44,363 bases of DNA from the sequence record MW512570.1. One strand, given 5' to 3'. The DNA is from Clostridioides phage CD1801. The position numbers and the translations under genes are program-made. Below are positions 1-10,311 of the stretch, in pieces (positions within the stretch are counted from its first letter, which is position 1; each line of letters begins with the position of its first letter). The notes under the pieces are model-generated. The model had not been told where the DNA came from. It saw only the letters and a list, made by a program, of their open reading frames with translations, and did no database searches.

Positions 1-1407
1 ATGGATAAAAAATTAATACAGTTAGAAGCTAAGAAGGAACTTGCAAGACGTGAGTTCTTTTATTTTTGCAATTTATTAGCACCAAACTTTTATAAAGAAG
101 ATAGAAAGTATTTAGTTGAAACCTGTAATAAGCTTCAAGATTTTTATTATTCAAATGATGAAGTTTTAATTATAAATATGCCACCTAGACATGGGAAAAG
201 TAGAAGTGCAAGTTTATTCGTAGAATGGATTTTAGGTAAAAATAAAAATGAAAAAATAATGACTGGTAGTTATAATGAGACTCTTTCAACTATGTTTTCA
301 AAGAATGTTAGAAATGCTATTCAAGAGGAAAAAGCTGATATAGACACTATTATTTATAGCGATATATTTCCTAACACAAAAATCAAACACGGTGATGGAG
401 CTATGAATTTATGGTCATTGGAAGGTGGTTATAATAATTATTTGGCGACCTCTCCGAGTGGTACAGCAACAGGCTTTGGATGTTCTCTGATGATTGTAGA
501 TGACTTAATTAAAAATGCAGAGGAAGCTTACAATGAGAATGTTCTTGAAAAACATTGGGATTGGTTTACTAATACTATGCTATCAAGGCTTGAAGAAGGC
601 GGAAAAATAATAATTATAATGACTAGATGGTCGAGCAAAGATTTAGCAGGTAGGGCACTAGAACATTACAAAGAAGAAGGCAAGAAAGTAAGACATATTA
701 ATATGAAAGCATTACAGGAAGATGGCAACATGCTTTGTGAAGAAGTATTATCTCTAAATAGTTATAAATCAAAAGTAAGAGCTATGGGCGAGGATATTGC
801 GAGTGCTAACTATCAACAAGAGCCTATTGACTTAAAAGGATGCTTGTACACTAGATTTAAGACGTATGACAAGCTTCCTGTTGATGAAAAAGGTAATCTA
901 CTATTTACATCTATTAAAGCTTATGTAGATACAGCAGACGAAGGAGCAGATTATTTATGTTCGATTGTGTATGGAGTATATAACAAAGAAGTATATGTAT
1001 TAGACGTTTTATATACAAAAGAGAGTATGGAAACAACAGAATATAAAACAGCTAAGATGTTCTATGAAAATGAAGTTAACAAAGCTGATATAGAAAGTAA
1101 TAGTGGTGGTAGAGCTTTTGCAAGAAATGTACAAAGAATATTGAAAGAAAAGTTTAAAAGTAATAAAACAACAATAAAGTGGTTTCATCAGTCTAAAAAT
1201 AAAAATGCTAGAATTTTATCTAATAGTAGTTGGGTAATGGAACATATATATTTTCCAATTAATTGGAGAGATAAGTGGACAGAGTTTTATAAGGCTATGG
1301 TGAGTTATCAAAGAGAAGGTAAGAACAAACATGATGATGCACCAGACGCTTTGACAGGGGTTGCAGAAAAGGCACTGAAAGGTCAAGGATTATCAGTATT
1401 TAAGTAA
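1..1407 (+). CDS. terL: Phage terminase large subunit.
   Basis: 468-aa ORF with a P-loop-like NMPPRHGKS motif near the N-terminus. It sits immediately downstream of the small terminase (by circular continuity) and upstream of the portal gene. Confidence 0.8.
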   Translation: MDKKLIQLEAKKELARREFFYFCNLLAPNFYKEDRKYLVETCNKLQDFYYSNDEVLIINMPPRHGKSRSASLFVEWILGKNKNEKIMTGSYNETLSTMFSKNVRNAIQEEKADIDTIIYSDIFPNTKIKHGDGAMNLWSLEGGYNNYLATSPSGTATGFGCSLMIVDDLIKNAEEAYNENVLEKHWDWFTNTMLSRLEEGGKIIIIMTRWSSKDLAGRALEHYKEEGKKVRHINMKALQEDGNMLCEEVLSLNSYKSKVRAMGEDIASANYQQEPIDLKGCLYTRFKTYDKLPVDEKGNLLFTSIKAYVDTADEGADYLCSIVYGVYNKEVYVLDVLYTKESMETTEYKTAKMFYENEVNKADIESNSGGRAFARNVQRILKEKFKSNKTTIKWFHQSKNKNARILSNSSWVMEHIYFPINWRDKWTEFYKAMVSYQREGKNKHDDAPDALTGVAEKALKGQGLSVFK

Positions 1408-1435
1408 TAATTTAAGTAATATAGGTGGTGGTGAT

Positions 1436-2335
1436 GTGGAGTTAGAAAAAATAAGAGCAATAATAAGTGCTGATATAGCTAGAAGACAAGAGATATTACA
1501 AGCTAAATCATACTATTATAATGAAAATGATATATTGAAAAAGGGTGTAGTTGTTCAAAATAGAGACGAAAATCCTCTGCGAAATGCTGACAATAGAATC
1601 AGTCATAACTTTCATGAGATATTAGTAGATGAAAAAGCTTCTTATATGTTTACTTATCCAGTTTTATTCGACATTGACAATAACAAGGAATTGAATGAGA
1701 AGGTAACAGATGTTCTAGGGAATGAGTTCACTAGAAAAGCTAAGAATTTAGCAATAGAAGCGTCGAATTGTGGTACTGCGTGGCTTCATTACTGGATAGA
1801 TGAAGAATATAGTGGGGAACAGGTAACTAATCAAACATTTAAATATGGTGTAGTCAATACAGAGGAAATTATTCCTATATATCGAAATGGTATTGAAAGA
1901 GAGCTAGAAGCTGTAATAAGATATTATATTCAGCTAGAGGATGTAAAAGGTCAAATACAAAAGCAGGCATATACTTATGTTGAATTTTGGACAGACAAAA
2001 TATTAGATAAATATAAATTCTTTGGAGTATCATGCTATGGTTCTCAAATCGAGCATATAACAATACTACACAGGTTTAATTCAGTTCCTTTTATTGAATT
2101 TGCTAACAACATAAAAAAACAAAGTGACTTATCAAAATATAAATCAGTGTTGGATTTATACGATAAAATAATGAGTGGGTTTGCAAATGATTTAGAGGAT
2201 ATACAGCAAATAATATACATCTTAGAAAATTATGGTGGAGAGGATACAGCACAATTTTTAAATGAATTAAAGAGATACAAGGCAATAAAAACAGAAACAG
2301 ATAGTGAAGGAGATAGTGGTGGTCTTAAAACTTAA
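1436..2335 (+). CDS. Portal protein (SPP1 gp6-like), 5' part. The reading frame is interrupted by the insertion at ~2326-3097.
   Basis: Portal-like N-terminal sequence directly after terL. A 299-aa ORF is too short for a portal. The portal-like C-terminal part resumes in the ORF at 3096-3458. Confidence 0.65.
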   Translation: MELEKIRAIISADIARRQEILQAKSYYYNENDILKKGVVVQNRDENPLRNADNRISHNFHEILVDEKASYMFTYPVLFDIDNNKELNEKVTDVLGNEFTRKAKNLAIEASNCGTAWLHYWIDEEYSGEQVTNQTFKYGVVNTEEIIPIYRNGIERELEAVIRYYIQLEDVKGQIQKQAYTYVEFWTDKILDKYKFFGVSCYGSQIEHITILHRFNSVPFIEFANNIKKQSDLSKYKSVLDLYDKIMSGFANDLEDIQQIIYILENYGGEDTAQFLNELKRYKAIKTETDSEGDSGGLKT

Positions 2336-3097
2336 ATCACTATACAGAAGCTCGAAAAATAATACTTGAAATCTTGAAAAAACAAATATATGAAAGTGGT
2401 CAAGGGTTGCAACAGGATACTGAAAACTTTGGTAACGCCTCGGGTAAAAATGCCATGCCCCCTATGTTAGAAATAGCATAGTGAAAATCGGGTTAAAATT
2501 GGAAATCTTAATTTTGCGTTAATAGAATTTATCGAAAAACACCAGTTTTAGTGCTATAATATAAATATATTATTCATTAAAGAGGTGTTGAAATTGAAAA
2601 TAGAGGGAACTAGATTTAAATTACATGATAAAGAAATAAGTAGACTAAAAGAATTAAAATTAAATGGTTATAAATTAATATCTAGTATGGGGATATAAAA
2701 ACTATATAGGTTGAGAAACGAGCCTAATACTAACGTTAATGGATACAAAGGTATCTTTGTTAGTAAAAGTCTTAAAGAATAATAATTAGTGTTAATATGT
2801 TGTAATTTATAGATTATTTTGTAAATGAGAGTATTAAAGAAAATTATTTAGTATTTAAGAAACCAACGTGTTTTAACCGTTGGAGTTTCAGAAACGCAAA
2901 AAAAGACAATCAATTACCAATCCTAGTGAGAAATCATAGGAAGGTTTAACGACTAGATAAAGTAAGCTAAGTAATTAAGACCGAAAGGTCTTTTTTATAT
3001 GCAGAAATATCCACGAAATCCGAAGCCTAAACAAGTAAAGTTGTAGGTTATGAGATAGTCTGAACTTATAGGAAACTATAAGAGGTAGAGGATAAAG
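2326..3097 (+). mobile_element. Candidate ORF-less group I self-splicing intron interrupting the portal gene. Boundaries are approximate.
   Basis: ~770 nt with no long ORF between the two portal reading-frame segments. An R-like P7 5' element GGTTTAACGACTAGAT lies at 2943-2958 and an S-like element GAGATAGTCTGAAC at 3052-3065. A P9-like hairpin with a GAAA loop lies at 3064-3084. A U at 2325 and G at 3097 give an intron length of 1 mod 3 that keeps the exons in frame. The alternative pairs 2332 with 3107 and 2332 with 3119 do the same. Confidence 0.5.
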
Positions 3098-3458
3098 AGC
3101 CTTTACGATAACAATTAAGGTGGCACTTAAATTTTTTTATAGAAAGCTAGAATTAAAGTCTGGATTACTTGAAACCGAGTTTAGAACCTCTTTTGATAAG
3201 CTGATTAAGGCTATACTATATTTTTTAGGAATTACAGACTATAAAAAGATACAACAAACATATACACGCAATATGATGTCAAATGATTTGGAGGATGCAG
3301 ATATAGCAACTAAGTCCGTTGGTATAATACCAATTAAAATTATTTTAAGGCACCATCCTTGGGTTGATGATGTTGAAGAAGCTGAAAGACTTTATTTAGA
3401 AGAAAAGAAAATACAAGCTTCAAAAGTATCTGATGATTATAATAACTTTGCTGAATAG
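3096..3458 (+). CDS. Portal protein, 3' part (exon 2).
   Basis: The frame is open from 3096 after an in-frame TAA at 3093. The ORF track starts it at a GTG at 3120. The C-terminal portal-like acidic tail precedes the gp7-like gene. Confidence 0.55.
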   Translation, partial: RAFTITIKVALKFFYRKLELKSGLLETEFRTSFDKLIKAILYFLGITDYKKIQQTYTRNMMSNDLEDADIATKSVGIIPIKIILRHHPWVDDVEEAERLYLEEKKIQASKVSDDYNNFAE

Positions 3459-3470
3459 AGGTGAAGTTAT

Positions 3471-4511
3471 TTGAATAATAATATTGAGTACTGGGAAGAA
3501 AGAGAAAAGCAAAGATTAAATGCAAGATTGAAAGATGAAAAAGAGGTATTAAAAGAACTAGATAAACAATATAAAATCGCAATGAAAAATATAGAGAAAG
3601 AAATTGCTAATTTATTTTATAAATATGCTAAACAGAATAAACTAACATATGCAGAAACACAAAAAAATTTAACTAACAATGAGTTTAAGGTATGGCGTAT
3701 GGATATTAAGCAATATATTAAGTTAATAGAACAAACAAATGATGAAAGATTACTATTAGAACTTAATACATTAGCTATGAAGAGTAGAATAAATAGATTA
3801 GAAGAATTATTCTATCAAATATCTAAAGAGATATATAATACATTTGACATTCAAAATAATAGAGTAGAAAAGTTATTAGAGGAATCTGTGAAAGATAGTT
3901 ACTATAAAAGTATATATGAAACTCAAAAGTTTGTAGGAGTTGGAACTAGCTTTAGTAAGCTTGATAAAGAAACTCTAAAGGACATAATTACATATCCTTG
4001 GAGTGGCAAAAATTTTTCTCAAAGGATATGGAAAAACAGAGATTTATTAAGTGAAGTTATCAAGGAAGAAATTACTCAAATGGTTATAAGAGGAGAAAGT
4101 TTGAAAAAGATTGCTAATAGAGTATCGGAAAAAATGGATTCTAGTTATGAAAATGCAATAAGATTAGTACAAACGGAACATTCTCATTTTATGTCAGAAG
4201 CTGATAAAAAAGCATATGAAAGTCAAGGAGTAGATAAATATCAATTCTTAGCAACGTTACAGGATAATACTTGTAAAAGATGTAGAAATTTAGATATGAA
4301 AGTATATTTAGTTAAAGAAGCTAAAGAAGGAGAAAATTATCCTCCGATACATCCAAGATGTCGCTGTACAACTATCCCTTATTTTAAACACGAAAAAGGA
4401 GAAACGAGAACAGCACGACTGCCAAAAGGTAAAACCTATGAAGTTTCAGCAAACTTGACTTATAATGAATGGTACAAGGAACATGTAATAAAAAATATAG
4501 AAGTTGTATAG
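3471..4511 (+). CDS. Head morphogenesis protein (SPP1 gp7 / Mu F family).
   Basis: The C-terminal motif CKRCRNL...HPRCRCT is typical of gp7/F-like minor head proteins. It follows the portal gene. Confidence 0.7.
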   Translation: MNNNIEYWEEREKQRLNARLKDEKEVLKELDKQYKIAMKNIEKEIANLFYKYAKQNKLTYAETQKNLTNNEFKVWRMDIKQYIKLIEQTNDERLLLELNTLAMKSRINRLEELFYQISKEIYNTFDIQNNRVEKLLEESVKDSYYKSIYETQKFVGVGTSFSKLDKETLKDIITYPWSGKNFSQRIWKNRDLLSEVIKEEITQMVIRGESLKKIANRVSEKMDSSYENAIRLVQTEHSHFMSEADKKAYESQGVDKYQFLATLQDNTCKRCRNLDMKVYLVKEAKEGENYPPIHPRCRCTTIPYFKHEKGETRTARLPKGKTYEVSANLTYNEWYKEHVIKNIEVV

Positions 4512-4578
4512 GGAGCACTTGTTAAGTTTAAATAGTAAGTGCTTTTATTGTGTAAAAATTTAAGGAGGAATAAATAAT

Positions 4579-5136
4579 ATGGCTAAGTTTAAAAAGAAAG
4601 CAGTTGAAGTGGAAGCATTTAGATTAGGTTATGACACTCTACCAAAATGGTTTATTGAGAATGATAGAGTTTGTAATTTTATACAAGAAAAATGTATTAA
4701 TGGACATGTAAGTTGTGATTTAGAAACATTAGAAGGTACTATGAGAGCTAACAAAGGTGATTACATTATACAAGGTGTAAAAGGAGAAATATATCCATGT
4801 AAAGCAGATATATTTGAAATGACATATCAAAAAGTTGAATATACTGCAACTATTGAAAATTTAACAAACTATGCTGAAAATTTAGAACAAAAGCATAGAT
4901 ATATTGATAAAGAAAAGGTTAAGAAAAATAACTTAGAACTTTCAGCTAAGATAAAGTTAGATACAACAGACTTTGAGGAAAATATAAAAAGTGCTACAAA
5001 AGAAATTGAAACACTCAATGAAGTAGTAGATAGATTAGAGAAAAAATTAAATAGAATATTTGCAAAAGAAAATAAAGTTGATATAGATAGTATTGTAAAA
5101 CAATTAGAGGAACGTCTAAGAGAAAGTATTGAATAA
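4579..5136 (+). CDS. Hypothetical coiled-coil protein.
   Basis: ORF with an upstream SD (AAGGAGG). Confidence 0.4.
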   Translation: MAKFKKKAVEVEAFRLGYDTLPKWFIENDRVCNFIQEKCINGHVSCDLETLEGTMRANKGDYIIQGVKGEIYPCKADIFEMTYQKVEYTATIENLTNYAENLEQKHRYIDKEKVKKNNLELSAKIKLDTTDFEENIKSATKEIETLNEVVDRLEKKLNRIFAKENKVDIDSIVKQLEERLRESIE

Positions 5137-5139
5137 GTT

Positions 5140-5427
5140 TTGAGGGATGGAAATATGTTTAAAAAGAAATATATTAAAAAGCCAAGCAAAATAAGTGTTA
5201 GAAATATTATGGCATTTATTATTACAGTTGTTGGTATAGCTTTAGGTGTTTTTATAGGTATCAACATAATCATGGCTCATGTTTTAGGTATAGCTAACAT
5301 GGTAGATAATAATACTTTTACATGTGTTAGATTAGTTTATGGCTTAGCAGGAGTTATAAGTGGGTATTTGATAGGAAAAGCAATATACCTTATAGCTTCG
5401 CTAATAAGCCATATTATTTATGAATAA
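5140..5427 (+). CDS. Small membrane protein (two predicted TM helices).
   Basis: Two hydrophobic segments in the translation. Confidence 0.4.
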   Translation: MRDGNMFKKKYIKKPSKISVRNIMAFIITVVGIALGVFIGINIIMAHVLGIANMVDNNTFTCVRLVYGLAGVISGYLIGKAIYLIASLISHIIYE

Positions 5428-5477
5428 TTTGTTCAAAGATTTTTTATTTTGTAAGAAATGAAAGGAGGGTTGTATTA

Positions 5478-5708
5478 TTGAAAGAGTATGTAATTTGGTT
5501 TAAGAGTGGAAATTGTGTATCTGGAATAACAAACGAAGATGTTACTGATAAGTTAATGAAAGATTTTATGGAAGCTGACTCAGATTGTAGGTATTTGAAA
5601 GGATATTTAGATGAAGATGGAACAACAATAATAGATTTATCACAAATAGAAGCTATATCAATAAATAATTGTAGTGAGAATAATAATATTGGTTTTAGTA
5701 AGTCCTAG
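5478..5708 (+). CDS. Hypothetical protein.
   Basis: ORF with an SD (AAGGAGGG) 7 nt upstream of a TTG start. Confidence 0.35.
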   Translation: MKEYVIWFKSGNCVSGITNEDVTDKLMKDFMEADSDCRYLKGYLDEDGTTIIDLSQIEAISINNCSENNNIGFSKS

Positions 5709-5828
5709 ATAGGGCTTTTTTATTTTGCTCTTTTTAAAAAAGTTGTAGAGCATAAAGAACAAAGAAACTCTCACAGTTGGAGGGCAACTATAAAAATCTA
5801 TAGAGAAATAAGAAGGGATGATGAGGAA

Positions 5829-6425
5829 ATGGAATGGTTAAGAAAAATATTAGAAGGAATCAAAATCGAAGAAAATAAGATTGATGTTGAGGAAATATTA
5901 AAAAGCGTTAATACTGAATTTCCCAAACATGCAGTACCTAAAGAAACTTTTAATAAAGTGAATGAGCAATTAAAAGAAGCAGATAAGACTATAAAAAGTT
6001 TTAATAGTAAAATGACACAAGAAGATGTAGAAAAGCTTAAAACAGAGCATCAAACAGAAATTAAAAAGATAGAAGAGAATCATAAGCTAGAAGTTGAGAA
6101 AATACAAAACGAAAGTTTGAAAACAAGGAAATTAAGTGCTGTTGAGAAAGCTTTATTAACTAACAAAGCTAAACACACTGACTTACTAACAAATAAGTTT
6201 GACTTAGAAAAAATAACTATAGGTGAAGATGGCAAGATAGTAGGGATAGAGGAACAATTAAAAGGGTTACAAGAAAGCTACAAAGATTTGTTTGAAAGTA
6301 GTACAACTGAAACTACTACTCAAACAAATACACCTTTTTATAAATATATACCAGGTGGCAGTGGAGAAACAAATGAAACTGCAAATATGGAAACTGTAGT
6401 GAATGAAATACTAGGAGTTAAATAA
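5829..6425 (+). CDS. Putative scaffolding protein.
   Basis: Acidic, coiled-coil-rich, and placed immediately before the major capsid gene. Confidence 0.5.
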   Translation: MEWLRKILEGIKIEENKIDVEEILKSVNTEFPKHAVPKETFNKVNEQLKEADKTIKSFNSKMTQEDVEKLKTEHQTEIKKIEENHKLEVEKIQNESLKTRKLSAVEKALLTNKAKHTDLLTNKFDLEKITIGEDGKIVGIEEQLKGLQESYKDLFESSTTETTTQTNTPFYKYIPGGSGETNETANMETVVNEILGVK

Positions 6426-6448
6426 TATAATTAAGAGAGGATGATTAG

Positions 6449-7387
6449 ATGGCTAATACACTAGCGTACGGACAAGTTTTACAACAAGGATTGGATAAAC
6501 AAGCAACACAAGAATTATTAACTGGTTGGATGGATTCTAATGCTAAACAAATAAAATATGAAGGAGGAAAAGAAGTAAAAATAGGTAAGCTTTCTACAGA
6601 TGGTTTAGGAGATTATTCAAGAGGTTCAGCTAATGCTTATGTTGGTGGAGATGTTAAATTTGAATATGAAACTAAAACAATGACTCAAGATAGAGGGAGA
6701 AAATTCACATTAGATGCTATGGATGTAGATGAAACAAATTTCTTAGTAACAGCAACGACTGTCATGGGAGAATTTCAAAGGTTAAAAGTCATACCAGAGA
6801 TAGATGCTTATAGATTAAGTCGTCTAGCTACTATTGCTATAGGTATAAAAGGAGACACTAATGTTGAGTATAGTTACTCAGTAAATTCAAGTACAATAAT
6901 AAATAAGATAAAAACAGGTATAAAAATAATTAGAGAAAATGGATACAATGGACCTTTAGTTTGTCATTTAACTTATGACAGTATGTTTGCAATAGAAGAA
7001 AAAGTCTTAGAAAAATTAACAGCTGTTACTTTTGCACAAGGTGGTATACAAACACAAGTACCATCAATTGATGGTTGTGCTCTTATAAAAACACCTCAAA
7101 ACAGAATGTATTCATCTATTTTACTTAATGATGGTACTACTTCTAATCAAACAGCAGGAGGATATTTAAAAGGTACAAAAGCACTAGATACCAACTTTAT
7201 AATAGCACCAGTGGATGTACCTCTTGCAATAACAAAACAAGATAAAATGAGAATATTTGACCCAGAAACAAACCAAACAGCAAATGCTTGGTCTATGGAC
7301 TATAGAAGATATCATGATTTATGGGTTACTGATAATAAAGCTAACTCTGTATATGCTAATTTTAAAGATGCTAAACCTGTGGGTTAG
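6449..7387 (+). CDS. Major capsid protein.
   Basis: 312-aa ORF placed after the scaffold gene with a strong SD (AGAGAGGATG). Confidence 0.6.
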   Translation: MANTLAYGQVLQQGLDKQATQELLTGWMDSNAKQIKYEGGKEVKIGKLSTDGLGDYSRGSANAYVGGDVKFEYETKTMTQDRGRKFTLDAMDVDETNFLVTATTVMGEFQRLKVIPEIDAYRLSRLATIAIGIKGDTNVEYSYSVNSSTIINKIKTGIKIIRENGYNGPLVCHLTYDSMFAIEEKVLEKLTAVTFAQGGIQTQVPSIDGCALIKTPQNRMYSSILLNDGTTSNQTAGGYLKGTKALDTNFIIAPVDVPLAITKQDKMRIFDPETNQTANAWSMDYRRYHDLWVTDNKANSVYANFKDAKPVG

Positions 7388-7399
7388 GAAGTGATTTAA

Positions 7400-7621
7400 A
7401 TGTTTATATTAATTAAAGAAAATATAGAACGTAGAGTAGAAGATTCTATCTTAAAAGATAAACTAATACAAGATGGATTTAAGTTACTAGAAGATAAGAA
7501 AAATATTGATATAGAAAATTCAACTCTTGAAGAACTGAAAAGCTTAGCAAAAGAGAATGACATAGAAGGTTATTCAAAGCTGAAAAAAGATGAATTAATA
7601 GAGAAATTAAATAATATTTAG
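7400..7621 (+). CDS. Small Rho_N-domain-like protein.
   Basis: The C-terminal ELKSLAKENDIEGYSKLKKDELIEKL resembles the Rho N-terminal domain motif that is common in small capsid-module proteins. Confidence 0.45.
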   Translation: MFILIKENIERRVEDSILKDKLIQDGFKLLEDKKNIDIENSTLEELKSLAKENDIEGYSKLKKDELIEKLNNI

Positions 7622-7649
7622 TTTCTCTATTTCAGTTCGAGGTGATTAA

Positions 7650-8000
7650 ATGCTAGATAATATAAAATTAATTCTAAATTTAAAAGATGATACTTATGAT
7701 AATTTAATAGAGCTGTACATTAAAAAATACACTACTCTAGTTCTTGCATACTGCAATATAGAAACACTTAATTCTGCTCTTGAAAATATTATAGAAGATA
7801 AAGTTATTGTAAAATTAAAAGAAACTATATTAAGTTCAAGTGATACTAGTGAGAATAACAAAATTAGTTCAATTTCTCGTGGTGGTTATTCTGTAACTTT
7901 TAATGTTGCAACAGCTAAAACAACAGATGAGTTGATGGAAATAAAACTATCTCAAAAGGATAAGAATATTTTAAATAATTTTAGAAAAGTGAAGTGGTAA
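7650..8000 (+). CDS. Head-tail connector (gp6-like).
   Basis: Position and size. The N-terminus resembles Phage_connect_1 proteins. Confidence 0.5.
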   Translation: MLDNIKLILNLKDDTYDNLIELYIKKYTTLVLAYCNIETLNSALENIIEDKVIVKLKETILSSSDTSENNKISSISRGGYSVTFNVATAKTTDELMEIKLSQKDKNILNNFRKVKW

Positions 8001-8001
8001 T

Positions 8002-8352
8002 ATGACAGAGGCAGATATATTAGCATTGACTTACTTTTGCAAAATGACAATAAGAAGATGTGTAAGTATTAAAAATGAAGATACAGGAGTTACATATTTT
8101 AACGAGAATGTTGTAATTGCAGAAGATGTGCCTTGTGGTTTGAATGGAAATATACCTAATGTCATAGATACAGATATAACAAATTCTATTTCAGTTTTTG
8201 AATTATATTGTAGACCCGAAATAGATTTGCAGGTTGGAGATATACTCGATATAACTTTAGAAAATGGGAATGTAGAAACTTTTATTGCATCTAAACCATT
8301 TCCTTATTCAAGCCACTTACAAGTCAATTTGACCCTAAAGGAAAGATATTAA
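8002..8352 (+). CDS. Head closure / head-tail adaptor protein.
   Basis: Gene order only. Confidence 0.4.
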   Translation: MTEADILALTYFCKMTIRRCVSIKNEDTGVTYFNENVVIAEDVPCGLNGNIPNVIDTDITNSISVFELYCRPEIDLQVGDILDITLENGNVETFIASKPFPYSSHLQVNLTLKERY

Positions 8353-8763
8353 ATGATAGAGTTTAATAGTCTAGACACATTAATAAGAGATTTAGAAAGA
8401 GAAGGAAGGGAAATGTCAAAGAACTTAAGAAGGGCTAAGAATAATATAGGTAATAAACTTCTTAGAAAAGTAAAACCTAAAACACCAGTTGCCAAAATAG
8501 ATGGAGGAACAGCTAGAAAGAGTTGGAAATATAAAGAGCTTAATCTATTTGATGGCGTAGTATCAAACAATGTCGAGTATATTCATCATCTAGAATATGG
8601 TCATAGAACTAGGCAAGGAACAGGAACTAGCGAAAACTATAGACCTAAGCCTAACGGAATTAGTTTTGTACCAGGTGTATTTATGTTGGCAAGAAGCGTT
8701 GATGAAATGAGCAGTATAATTGATGATGAATTAAATCAAATAATAATAGATTTTTGGAATTAG
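8353..8763 (+). CDS. HK97 gp10-like tail component.
   Basis: Size and position. The N-terminal LDTLIRDLER stretch resembles the gp10 family. Confidence 0.45.
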   Translation: MIEFNSLDTLIRDLEREGREMSKNLRRAKNNIGNKLLRKVKPKTPVAKIDGGTARKSWKYKELNLFDGVVSNNVEYIHHLEYGHRTRQGTGTSENYRPKPNGISFVPGVFMLARSVDEMSSIIDDELNQIIIDFWN

Positions 8764-8773
8764 AGGTGATGCG

Positions 8774-9226
8774 TTGTTAAGTTATAAAGATATACTATAC
8801 TCGTTTACTAAAGAATTAGGTAATAATTTTAATGAAGATATATTTGTAGAAGGATATAACATACAAGACAATAAAAAGTCTTGTTTTTTTGTGCAGATAT
8901 TGCCAGAAGTGGCACAGACAGCGACTAAAAAGACTGACATAAAAAGCTTTTTAGTTGATATAAAATATTTGCCTGACTGGAAAAAGAAAAAAACAGATTT
9001 ATTTGATATTCTAAATAAATTAGAGAACATATTCACTAGAAATATAAAAGTAAAAGATAGATATTTAACTTTCAGTAAGAAAAATGGAAGTATAGAAAAA
9101 GATGAAATAGGAAACTATGTTCAATTTCTTATATCTATAAATTATCATGAACAAATTTATTTTGAAGAAGAAAAACACGAATTAATGGAAGAATTAAATA
9201 TGAGATTTAAAGGAAGGAGTGATTAA
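8774..9226 (+). CDS. Tail completion / terminator protein.
   Basis: Position immediately upstream of the sheath gene. Confidence 0.35.
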   Translation: MLSYKDILYSFTKELGNNFNEDIFVEGYNIQDNKKSCFFVQILPEVAQTATKKTDIKSFLVDIKYLPDWKKKKTDLFDILNKLENIFTRNIKVKDRYLTFSKKNGSIEKDEIGNYVQFLISINYHEQIYFEEEKHELMEELNMRFKGRSD

Positions 9227-10297
9227 ATGGCTGGATTAGTTAATATAAATATAGAATTTAAAGAACTGGCTACAAGCTTTATACAACGCTCAAAAGCTGG
9301 AATAGTAGCGATTATATTAAAAGATACAACAAAGATGTATAAAGAGCTGACAAGCGAAGACGATATACCAATTTCATTGAGTGCTGATAATAAAAAATAT
9401 ATTAAATATGGCTTTGTAGGGGCTACCGACAACGAGAAGGTATTAAGACCAAGCAAAGTTATTATAAGTACTTTCACAGAGGATGGAAAGGTTGAGGATA
9501 TACTAGAAGAATTAGAATCTGTAGAGTTTAATTATCTTTGTATGCCAGAAGCTATAGAAGCAGAAAAAACAAAAATTGTAACTTGGATTAAGAAGATAAG
9601 AGAGGAAGAAAGTACAGAAGCTAAAGCGGTACTAGCAAACATTAAAGCTGATAATGAAGCAATCATCAACTTTACTGAAAATGTAGTAGTTGATGGCGAA
9701 GAAATAACAGCAGAAAAATACACAACACGTGTTGCTTCTCTTATAGCATCTACTCCAAACACACAATCAATTACTTATGCACCTTTGGATGAAGTTGAGT
9801 CTATTGTAAAAATAGATAAAGCTAGTGCAGATGCTAAAGTTCAAGCAGGAGAATTAATTTTAAGAAGATTATCAGGCAAGATTAGAATTGCTAGGGGAAT
9901 AAATTCTCTTACAACTTTAACAGCAGAAAAAGGAGAAATATTTCAAAAAATCAAGCTTGTTGATACAAAAGATTTAATAAGTAAAGATATAAAAAACATT
10001 TATGTAGAAAAGTATTTGCGTAAATGTCCAAATACTTATGACAACAAATGTTTATTTATAGTTGCTGTACAATCTTATTTAACTGAATTGGCAAAACAAG
10101 AGTTAATTGACTCTAATTTCACTGTTGAAATTGATTTAGAGAAGCAAAAGGAGTATTTAGAAGGTAAAAAAATAGATGTTAGTAAAATGAAAGAGAATGA
10201 AATAAAAGAAGCTAATACTGGCTCAAATGGATTTTACTTAATAAATCTAAAGTTGGTTGATGCAATGGAAGATATAAACATAAGAGTTCAAATGTAG
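9227..10297 (+). CDS. Tail sheath protein.
   Basis: 356-aa ORF directly before an XkdM-like tube gene, the usual myovirus order. Confidence 0.6.
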   Translation: MAGLVNINIEFKELATSFIQRSKAGIVAIILKDTTKMYKELTSEDDIPISLSADNKKYIKYGFVGATDNEKVLRPSKVIISTFTEDGKVEDILEELESVEFNYLCMPEAIEAEKTKIVTWIKKIREEESTEAKAVLANIKADNEAIINFTENVVVDGEEITAEKYTTRVASLIASTPNTQSITYAPLDEVESIVKIDKASADAKVQAGELILRRLSGKIRIARGINSLTTLTAEKGEIFQKIKLVDTKDLISKDIKNIYVEKYLRKCPNTYDNKCLFIVAVQSYLTELAKQELIDSNFTVEIDLEKQKEYLEGKKIDVSKMKENEIKEANTGSNGFYLINLKLVDAMEDINIRVQM

Positions 10298-10311
10298 AAA
10301 GAGGTGAGAAT

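Noticed and set aside
1875-2285. Minus-strand 60-62-aa ORFs inside the portal gene.
   Set aside because: They overlap a confident plus-strand CDS and have no RBS.
2326-3097. IStron or group II intron as the alternative identity of the portal insertion.
   Set aside because: There is no transposase or RT ORF. There is no GUGYG 5' end or domain V. Group-I-like P7 and P9 elements are present instead.
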